Below, in pieces: positions 29,401 to 40,600 of a stretch of 64,000 nt of DNA; the first letter of the stretch is position 1, and each line of letters opens with the position of its first letter. Made by a program: the position numbers and the translations under genes. The notes beneath the pieces were generated by a model. That model ran no database searches. It was given only the letters and a program-made list of their open reading frames with translations, and had not been told where the DNA came from. The stretch comes from Auanema rhodensis (lineage: Eukaryota; Animalia; Nematoda). The stretch covers positions 21,328,001 to 21,392,000 of the forward strand of contig OZ059895.1 in assembly GCA_964057225.1 (NCBI GenBank), written 5' to 3'.

Positions 29401-32400
29401 GTTTCTCAATGTAGTATAGTGCATTCGATGCGGATTTTTAAGCTGCGTCGATCTGTGTTTTCAGATTTGCGCTAGCTTAAAAATGCACCGAGATATCAAC
29501 TGATATAAGTTCACACTTACATCCTCGATTTTCACCCTGAAGAATTAATTTTTCCGTTGAATAACATTGTCCATCGTCTTTGCCTTGAAAAAAAAAATCT
29601 GAAAACATCTACTTTTTGCTAAATTATTTTGAAATTTTTCGAAAAAATTTTTGTTAAAATGTTTTTGGAAGCAATGTTGAGTGTACATGGAAACTCAACA
29701 TACACTAATGCATCATTTTGCAAACGATCATAACTAATTTCTGTACTGAGCGTTTCTCAATGTAGTATAGTGCATTCGATGCGGATTTTTAAGCTGCGTC
29801 GATCTGTGTTTTCAGATTTGCGCTAGCTTAAAAATGCACCGAGATATCAACTGATATAAGTTCACACTTACATCCTCGATTTTCACCCTGAAGAATTAAT
29901 TTTTCCGTTGAATAACATTGTCCATCGTCTTTGCCTTGAAAAAAAAAATCTGAAAACATCTACTTTTTGCTAAATTATTTTGAAATTTTTCGAAAAAATT
30001 TTTGTCAAAATGTTTTTGGAAGCAATGTTGAGTGTACATGGAAACTCAACATACACTAATGCATCATTTTGCAAACGATCATAACTAATTTCTGTATTGA
30101 GCGTTTTTCAATGTAGTATAGTGCATTCGATGCGGATTTTTAAGCTGCGTCGATCTGTGTTTTCAGATTTGCGCTAGCTTAAAAATGCACCGAGATATCA
30201 ACTGATATAAGTTCACACTTACATCCTCGATTTTCACCCTGAAGAATTAATTTTTCCGTTGAATAACATTGTCCATCGTCTTTGCCTTGAAAAAAAAAAT
30301 CTGAAAACATCTACTTTTTGCTAAATTATTTTGAAATTTTTCGAAAAAATTTTTGTCAAAATGTTTTTGGAAGCAATGTTGAGTGTACATGGAAACTCAA
30401 CATACACTAATGCATCATTTTGCAAACGATCATAACTAATTTCTGTATTGAGCGTTTCTCAATGTAGTATAGTGCATTCGATGCGGATTTTTAAGCTGCG
30501 TCGATCTGTGTTTTCAGATTTGCGCTAGCTTAAAAATGCACCGAGATATCAACTGATATAAGTTCACACTTACATCCTCGATTTTCACCCTGAAGAATTA
30601 ATTTTTCCGTTGAATAACATTGTCCATCGTCTTTGCCTTGAAAAAAAAAATCTGAAAACATCTACTTTTTGCTAAATTATTTTGAAATTTTTCGAAAAAA
30701 TTTTTGTTAAAATGTTTTTGGAAGCAATGTTGAGTGTACATGGAAACTCAACATACACTAATGCATCATTTTGCAAACGATCATAACTAATTTCTGTATT
30801 GAGCGTTTCTCAATGAAGTATAGTGCATTCGATGCGGATTTTTAAGCTGCGTCGATCTGTGTTATCAGATTTGCGCTAGCTTAAAAATGCACCGAGATAT
30901 CAACTGATATAAGTTCACACTTATATCCTCGATTTTCACCCTGAAGAATTAATTTTTTCGTTGAATAACAATGTCCATCGTCTTTGCCTTGAAAAAAAAA
31001 ATCTGAAAACATCTACTTTTTGCTAAATTATTTTGAAATTTTTCGAAAAAATTTTTGTCAAAATGTTTTTGGAAGCAATGTTGAGTGTACATGGAAACTC
31101 AACATACACTAATGCATCATTTTGCAAACGATCATAACTAATTTCTGTATTGAGCGTTTCTCAATGTAGTATAGTGCATTCGATGCGGATTTTTAAGCTG
31201 CGTCGATCTGTGTTTTCAGATTTGCGCTAGCTTAAAAATGCACCGAGATATCAACTGATATAAGTTCACACTTACATCCTCGATTTTCACCCTGAAGAAT
31301 TAATTTTTCCGTTGAATAACATTGTCCATCGTCTTTGCCTTGAAAAAAAAAATCTGAAAACATCTACTTTTTGCTAAATTATTTTGAAATTTTTCGAAAA
31401 AATTTTTGTCAAAATGTTTTTGGAAGCAATGTTGAGTGTACATGGAAACTCAACATACACTAATGCATCATTTTGCAAACGATCATAACTAATTTCTGTA
31501 TTGAGCGTTTCTCAATGTAGTATAGTGCATTCGATGCGGATTTTTAAGCTGCGTCGATCTGTGTTTTCAGATTTGCGCTAGCTTAAAAATGCACCGAGAT
31601 ATCAACTGATATAAGTTCACACTTACATCCTCGATTTTCACCCTGAAGAATTAATTTTTCCGTTGAATAACATTGTCCATCGTCTTTGCCTTGAAAAAAA
31701 AAATCTGAAAACATCTACTTTTTGCTAAATTATTTTGAAATTTTTCGAAAAAATTTTTGTCAAAATGTTTTTGGAAGCAATGTTGAGTGTACATGGAAAC
31801 TCAACATACACTAATGCATCATTTTGCAAACGATCATAACTAATTTCTGTATTGAGCGTTTCTCAATGTAGTATAGTGCATTCGATGCGGATTTTTAAGC
31901 TGCGTCGATCTGTGTTTTCAGATTTGCGCTAGCTTAAAAATGCACCGAGATATCAACTGATATAAGTTCACACTTACATCCTCGATTTTCACCCTGAAGA
32001 ATTAATTTTTCCGTTGAATAACATTGTCCATCGTCTTTGCCTTGAAAAAAAAAATCTGAAAACATCTACTTTTTGCTAAATTATTTTGAAATTTTTCGAA
32101 AAAATTTTTGTTAAAATGTTTTTGGAAGCAATGTTGAGTGTACATGGAAACTCAACATACACTAATGCATCATTTTGCAAACGATCATAACTAATTTCTG
32201 TATTGAGCGTTTCTCAATGAAGTATAGTGCATTCGATGCGGATTTTTAAGCTGCGTCGATCTGTGTTATCAGATTTGCGCTAGCTTAAAAATGCACCGAG
32301 ATATCAACTGATATAAGTTCACACTTATATCCTCGATTTTCACCCTGAAGAATTAATTTTTTCGTTGAATAACATTGTCCATCGTCTTTGCCTTGAAAAA

Positions 32401-34337
32401 AAAATCTGAAAACATCTACTTTTTGCTAAATTATTTTGAAATTTTTCGAAAAAATTTTTGTCAAAATGTTTTTGGAAGCAATGTTGAGTGTACATGGAAA
32501 CTCAACATACACTAATGCATCATTTTGCAAACGATCATAACTAATTTCTGTATTGAGCGTTTCTCAATGTAGTATAGTGCATTCGATGCGGATTTTTAAG
32601 CTGCGTCGATCTGTGTTTTCAGATTTGCGCTAGCTTAAAAATGCACCGAGATATCAACTGATATAAGTTCACACTTACATCCTCGATTTTCACCCTGAAG
32701 AATTAATTTTTCCGTTGAATAACATTGTCCATCGTCTTTGCCTTGAAAAAAAAAATCTGAAAACATCTACTTTTTGCTAAATTATTTTGAAATTTTTCGA
32801 AAAAATTTTTGTCAAAATGTTTTTGGAAGCAATGTTGAGTGTACATGGAAACTCAACATACACTAATGCATCATTTTGCAAACGATCATAACTAATTTCT
32901 GTATTGAGCGTTTCTCAATGTAGTATAGTGCATTCGATGCGGATTTTTAAGCTGCGTCGATCTGTGTTTTCAGATTTGCGCTAGCTTAAAAATGCACCGA
33001 GATATCAACTGATATAAGTTCACACTTACATCCTCGATTTTCACCCTGAAGAATTAATTTTTCCGTTGAATAACATTGTCCATCGTCTTTGCCTTGAAAA
33101 AAAAAATCTGAAAACATCTACTTTTTGCTAAATTATTTTGAAATTTTTCGAAAAAATTTTTGTCAAAATGTTTTTGGAAGCAATGTTGAGTGTACATGGA
33201 AACTCAACATACACTAATGCATCATTTTGCAAACGATCATAACTAATTTCTGTATTGAGCGTTTCTCAATGTAGTATAGTGCATTCGATGCGGATTTTTA
33301 AGCTGCGTCGATCTGTGTTTTCAGATTTGCGCTAGCTTAAAAATGCACCGAGATATCAACTGATATAAGTTCACACTTACATCCTCGATTTTCACCCTGA
33401 AGAATTAATTTTTCCGTTGAATAACATTGTCCATCGTCTTTGCCTTGAAAAAAAAAATCTGAAAACATCTACTTTTTGCTAAATTATTTTGAAATTTTTC
33501 GAAAAAATTTTTGTTAAAATGTTTTTGGAAGCAATGTTGAGTGTACATGGAAACTCAACATACACTAATGCATCATTTTGCAAACGATCATAACTAATTT
33601 CTGTATTGAGCGTTTCTCAATGAAGTATAGTGCATTCGATGCGGATTTTTAAGCTGCGTCGATCTGTGTTATCAGATTTGCGCTAGCTTAAAAATGCACC
33701 GAGATATCAACTGATATAAGTTCACACTTATATCCTCGATTTTCACCCTGAAGAATTAATTTTTTCGTTGAATAACAATGTCCATCGTCTTTGCCTTGAA
33801 AAAAAAAATCTGAAAACATCTACTTTTTGCTAAATTATTTTGAAATTTTTCGAAAAAATTTTTGTTAAAATGTTTTTGGAAGCAATGTTGAGTGTACATG
33901 GAAACTCAACATACACTAATGCATCATTTTTCAAACGATCATAACTAATTTTTGTATTGAGCGTTTCTCGATGTAGTATAGTGCATTCGATGCGGATTTT
34001 TAAGCTGCGTCGATCTGGGTTATCAGATTTGCGCTAGCTTAAAAATGCACCAAGATATCAACTGATATAAGTTCACACTTATATCCTCGATTTTCACCCT
34101 GAAGAATTAATTTTTTCGTTGAATAACATTGTCCATCGTCTTTGCCTTGAAAAAAAAAATCTGAAAACATCTACTTTTTGCTAAATTATTTTGAAATTTT
34201 TCGAAAAAATTTTTGTCAAAATGTTTTTGGAAGCAATGTTGAGTGTACATGGAAACTCAACATACACTAATGCATCATTTTGCAAACGATCATAACTAAT
34301 TTCTGTATTGAGCGTTTCTCAATGTAGTATAGTGCAT

Positions 34338-34404
34338 TCGATGCGGATTTTTAAGCTGCGTCGATCTGTGTTTTCAGATTTGCGCTAGCTTAAAAATGCA
34401 CCGA
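34338..34404. other. 67-nt imperfect inverted repeat (representative copy; present in each 351-mer)
   Basis: ATTTTTAAGCT (34347-57) pairs with AGCTTAAAAAT (34387-97). Inner GCG/CGC and ATCTG/CAGAT pairs enclose a 6-nt loop. Outer TCGATGC/GCACCGA pairs with one mismatch. Confidence 0.9.
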
Positions 34405-34586
34405 GATATCAACTGATATAAGTTCACACTTACATCCTCGATTTTCACCCTGAAGAATTAATTTTTCCGTTGAATAACATTGTCCATCGTCTTTGCCTTG
34501 AAAAAAAAAATCTGAAAACATCTACTTTTTGCTAAATTATTTTGAAATTTTTCGAAAAAATTTTTGTCAAAATGTTTTTGGAAGCA

Positions 34587-34614
34587 ATGTTGAGTGTACA
34601 TGGAAACTCAACAT
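34587..34614. other. 9-bp perfect inverted repeat (representative copy; present in nearly every 351-mer)
   Basis: ATGTTGAGT-GTACATGGAA-ACTCAACAT. Confidence 0.9.
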
Positions 34615-37600
34615 ACACTAATGCATCATTTTGCAAACGATCATAACTAATTTCTGTATTGAGCGTTTCTCAATGTAGTATAGTGCATTCGATGCGGATT
34701 TTTAAGCTGCGTCGATCTGTGTTTTCAGATTTGCGCTAGCTTAAAAATGCACCGAGATATCAACTGATATAAGTTCACACTTACATCCTCGATTTTCACC
34801 CTGAAGAATTAATTTTTCCGTTGAATAACATTGTCCATCGTCTTTGCCTTGAAAAAAAAAATCTGAAAACATCTACTTTTTGCTAAATTATTTTGAAATT
34901 TTTCGAAAAAATTTTTGTCAAAATGTTTTTGGAAGCAATGTTGAGTGTACATGGAAACTCAACATACACTAATGCATCATTTTGCAAACGATCATAACTA
35001 ATTTCTGTATTGAGCGTTTCTCAATGTAGTATAGTGCATTCGATGCGGATTTTTAAGCTGCGTCGATCTGTGTTTTCAGATTTGCGCTAGCTTAAAAATG
35101 CACCGAGATATCAACTGATATAAGTTCACACTTACATCCTCGATTTTCACCCTGAAGAATTAATTTTTCCGTTGAATAACATTGTCCATCGTCTTTGCCT
35201 TGAAAAAAAAAATCTGAAAACATCTACTTTTTGCTAAATTATTTCGAAATTTTTCGAAAAAATTTTTGTCAAAATGTTTTTGGAAGCAATGTTGAGTGTA
35301 CATGGAAACTCAACATACACTAATGCATCATTTTGCAAACGATCATAACTAATTTCTGTATTGAGCGTTTCTCAATGTAGTATAGTGCATTCGATGCGGA
35401 TTTTTAAGCTGCGTCGATCTGTGTTTTCAGATTTGCGCTAGCTTAAAAATGCACCGAGATATCAACTGATATAAGTTCACACTTACATCCTCGATTTTCA
35501 CCCTGAAGAATTAATTTTTCCGTTGAATAACATTGTCCATCGTCTTTGCCTTGAAAAAAAAAATCTGAAAACATCTACTTTTTGCTAAATTATTTTGAAA
35601 TTTTTCGAAAAAATTTTTGTCAAAATGTTTTTGGAAGCAATGTTGAGTGTACATGGAAACTCAACATACACTAATGCATCATTTTTCAAACGATCATAAC
35701 TAATTTTTGTATTGAGCGTTTCTCAATGAAGTATAGTGCATTCGATGCGGATTTTTAAGCTGCGTCGATCTGTGTTATCAGATTTGCGCTAGCTTAAAAA
35801 TGCACCGAGATATCAACTGATATAAGTTCACACTTATATCCTCGATTTTCACCCTGAAGAATTAATTTTTTCGTTGAATAACAATGTCCATCGTCTTTGC
35901 CTTGAAAAAAAAAATCTGAAAACATCTACTTTTTGCTAAATTATTTTGAAATTTTTCGAAAAAATTTTTGTTAAAATGTTTTTGGAAGCAATGTTGAGTG
36001 TACATGGAAACTCAACATACACTAATGCATCATTTTTCAAACGATCATAACTAATTTTTGTATTGAGCGTTTCTCAATGTAGTATAGTGCATTCGATGCG
36101 GATTTTTAAGCTGCGTCGATCTGGGTTTTCAGATTTGCGCTAGCTTAAAAATGCACCGAGATATCAACTGATATAAGTTCACACTTACATCCTCGATTTT
36201 CACCCTGAAGAATTAATTTTTCCGTTGAATAACATTGTCCATCGTCTTTGCCTTGAAAAAAAAAATCTGAAAACATCTACTTTTTGCTAAATTATTTTGA
36301 AATTTTTCGAAAAAATTTTTGTCAAAATGTTTTTGGAAGCAATGTTGAGTGTACATGGAAACTCAACATACACTAATGCATCATTTTGCAAACGATCATA
36401 ACTAATTTCTGTATTGAGCGTTTCTCAATGTAGTATAGTGCATTCGATGCGGATTTTTAAGCTGCGTCGATCTGTGTTTTCAGATTTGCGCTAGCTTAAA
36501 AATGCACCGAGATATCAACTGATATAAGTTCACACTTACATCCTCGATTTTCACCCTGAAGAATTAATTTTTCCGTTGAATAACATTGTCCATCGTCTTT
36601 GCCTTGAAAAAAAAAATCTGAAAACATCTACTTTTTGCTAAATTATTTTGAAATTTTTCGAAAAAATTTTTGTCAAAATGTTTTTGGAAGCAATGTTGAG
36701 TGTACATGGAAACTCAACATACACTAATGCATCATTTTGCAAACGATCATAACTAATTTCTGTATTGAGCGTTTCTCAATGTAGTATAGTGCATTCGATG
36801 CGGATTTTTAAGCTGCGTCGATCTGTGTTTTCAGATTTGCGCTAGCTTAAAAATGCACCGAGATATCAACTGATATAAGTTCACACTTACATCCTCGATT
36901 TTCACCCTGAAGAATTAATTTTTCCGTTGAATAACATTGTCCATCGTCTTTGCCTTGGAAAAAAAAAATCTGAAAACATCTACTTTTTGCTAAATTATTT
37001 TGAAATTTTTCGAAAAAATTTTTGTTAAAATGTTTTTGGAAGCAATGTTGAGTGTACATGGAAACTCAACATACACTAATGCATCATTTTGCAAACGATC
37101 ATAACTAATTTCTGTATTGAGCGTTTCTCAATGAAGTATAGTGCATTCGATGCGGATTTTTAAGCTGCGTCGATCTGTGTTATCAGATTTGCGCTAGCTT
37201 AAAAATGCACCGAGATATCAACTGATATAAGTTCACACTTATATCCTCGATTTTCACCCTGAAGAATTAATTTTTTCGTTGAATAACAATGTCCATCGTC
37301 TTTGCCTTGAAAAAAAAAATCTGAAAACATCTACTTTTTGCTAAATTATTTTGAAATTTTTCGAAAAAATTTTTGTCAAAATGTTTTTGGAAGCAATGTT
37401 GAGTGTACATGGAAACTCAACATACACTAATGCATCATTTTGCAAACGATCATAACTAATTTCTGTATTGAGCGTTTCTCAATGTAGTATAGTGCATTCG
37501 ATGCGGATTTTTAAGCTGCGTCGATCTGTGTTTTCAGATTTGCGCTAGCTTAAAAATGCACCGAGATATCAACTGATATAAGTTCACACTTACATCCTCG

Positions 37601-40600
37601 ATTTTCACCCTGAAGAATTAATTTTTCCGTTGAATAACATTGTCCATCGTCTTTGCCTTGAAAAAAAAATCTGAAAACATCTACTTTTTGCTAAATTATT
37701 TTGAAATTTTTCGAAAAAATTTTTGTCAAAATGTTTTTGGAAGCAATGTTGAGTGTACATGGAAACTCAACATACACTAATGCATCATTTTGCAAACGAT
37801 CATAACTAATTTCTGTATTGAGCGTTTCTCAATGTAGTATAGTGCATTCGATGCGGATTTTTAAGCTGCGTCGATCTGTGTTTTCAGATTTGCGCTAGCT
37901 TAAAAATGCACCGAGATATCAACTGATATAAGTTCACACTTACATCCTCGATTTTCACCCTGAAGAATTAATTTTTCCGTTGAATAACATTGTCCATCGT
38001 CTTTGCCTTGAAAAAAAAATCTGAAAACATCTACTTTTTGCTAAATTATTTTGAAATTTTTCGAAAAAATTTTTGTCAAAATGTTTTTGGAAGCAATGTT
38101 GAGTGTACATGGAAACTCAACATACACTAATGCATCATTTTGCAAACGATCATAACTAATTTCTGTATTGAGCGTTTCTCAATGAAGTATAGTGCATTCG
38201 ATGCGGATTTTTAAGCTGCGTCGATCTGTGTTATCAGATTTGCGCTAGCTTAAAAATGCACCGAGATATCAACTGATATAAGTTCACACTTATATCCTCG
38301 ATTTTCACCCTGAAGAATTAATTTTTTCGTTGAATAACAATGTCCATCGTCTTTGCCTTGAAAAAAAAATCTGAAAACATCTACTTTTTGCTAAATTATT
38401 TTGAAATTTTTCGAAAAAATTTTTGTCAAAATGTTTTTGGAAGCAATGTTGAGTGTACATGGAAACTCAACATACACTAATGCATCATTTTGCAAACGAT
38501 CATAACTAATTTCTGTATTGAGCGTTTCTCAATGTAGTATAGTGCATTCGATGCGGATTTTTAAGCTGCGTCGATCTGTGTTTTCAGATTTGCGCTAGCT
38601 TAAAAATGCACCGAGATATCAACTGATATAAGTTCACACTTACATCCTCGATTTTCACCCTGAAGAATTAATTTTTCCGTTGAATAACAATGTCCATCGT
38701 CTTTGCCTTGAAAAAAAAAATCTGAAAACATCTACTTTTTGCTAAATTATTTTGAAATTTTTCGAAAAAATTTTTGTCAAAATGTTTTTGGAAGCAATGT
38801 TGAGTGTACATGGAAACTCAACATACACTAATGCATCATTTTGCAAACGATCATAACTAATTTCTGTATTGAGCGTTTCTCAATGTAGTATAGTGCATTC
38901 GATGCGGATTTTTAAGCTGCGTCGATCTGTGTTTTCAGATTTGCGCTAGCTTAAAAATGCACCGAGATATCAACTGATATAAGTTCACACTTACATCCTC
39001 GATTTTCACCCTGAAGAATTAATTTTTCCGTTGAATAACATTGTCCATCGTCTTTGCCTTGAAAAAAAAAAATCTGAAAACATCTACTTTTTGCTAAATT
39101 ATTTTGAAATTTTTCGAAAAAATTTTTGTTAAAATGTTTTTGGAAGCAATGTTGAGTGTACATGGAAACTCAACATACACTAATGCATCATTTTGCAAAC
39201 GATCATAACTAATTTCTGTATTGAGCGTTTCTCAATGAAGTATAGTGCATTCGATGCGGATTTTTAAGCTGCGTCGATCTGTGTTATCAGATTTGCGCTA
39301 GCTTAAAAATGCACCGAGATATCAACTGATATAAGTTCACACTTATATCCTCGATTTTCACCCTGAAGAATTAATTTTTTCGTTGAATAACAATGTCCAT
39401 CGTCTTTGCCTTGAAAAAAAAAATCTGAAAACATCTACTTTTTGCTAAATTATTTTGAAATTTTTCGAAAAAATTTTTGTCAAAATGTTTTTGGAAGCAA
39501 TGTTGAGTGTACATGGAAACTCAACATACACTAATGCATCATTTTGCAAACGATCATAACTAATTTCTGTATTGAGCGTTTCTCAATGTAGTATAGTGCA
39601 TTCGATGCGGATTTTTAAGCTGCGTCGATCTGTGTTTTCAGATTTGCGCTAGCTTAAAAATGCACCGAGATATCAACTGATATAAGTTCACACTTACATC
39701 CTCGATTTTCACCCTGAAGAATTAATTTTTCCGTTGAATAACATTGTCCATCGTCTTTGCCTTGAAAAAAAAATCTGAAAACATCTACTTTTTGCTAAAT
39801 TATTTTGAAATTTTTCGAAAAAATTTTTGTCAAAATGTTTTTGGAAGCAATGTTGAGTGTACATGGAAACTCAACATACACTAATGCATCATTTTGCAAA
39901 CGATCATAACTAATTTCTGTATTGAGCGTTTCTCAATGTAGTATAGTGCATTCGATGCGGATTTTTAAGCTGCGTCGATCTGTGTTTTCAGATTTGCGCT
40001 AGCTTAAAAATGCACCGAGATATCAACTGATATAAGTTCACACTTACATCCTCGATTTTCACCCTGAAGAATTAATTTTTCCGTTGAATAACATTGTCCA
40101 TCGTCTTTGCCTTGAAAAAAAAATCTGAAAACATCTACTTTTTGCTAAATTATTTTGAAATTTTTCGAAAAAATTTTTGTCAAAATGTTTTTGGAAGCAA
40201 TGTTGAGTGTACATGGAAACTCAACATACACTAATGCATCATTTTGCAAACGATCATAACTAATTTCTGTATTGAGCGTTTCTCAATGAAGTATAGTGCA
40301 TTCGATGCGGATTTTTAAGCTGCGTCGATCTGTGTTATCAGATTTGCGCTAGCTTAAAAATGCACCGAGATATCAACTGATATAAGTTCACACTTATATC
40401 CTCGATTTTCACCCTGAAGAATTAATTTTTTCGTTGAATAACAATGTCCATCGTCTTTGCCTTGAAAAAAAAATCTGAAAACATCTACTTTTTGCTAAAT
40501 TATTTTGAAATTTTTCGAAAAAATTTTTGTCAAAATGTTTTTGGAAGCAATGTTGAGTGTACATGGAAACTCAACATACACTAATGCATCATTTTGCAAA

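Noticed and set aside
34369-34520. MITE defined by the 13-bp inverted repeats
   Set aside because: There is no target-site duplication, and the repeat is perfect only in a subset of monomers.
36847-39163. Two identical 70-aa ORFs
   Set aside because: They are created by a +1 insertion at the poly-A tract and reflect a 6-monomer duplication or a homopolymer error.
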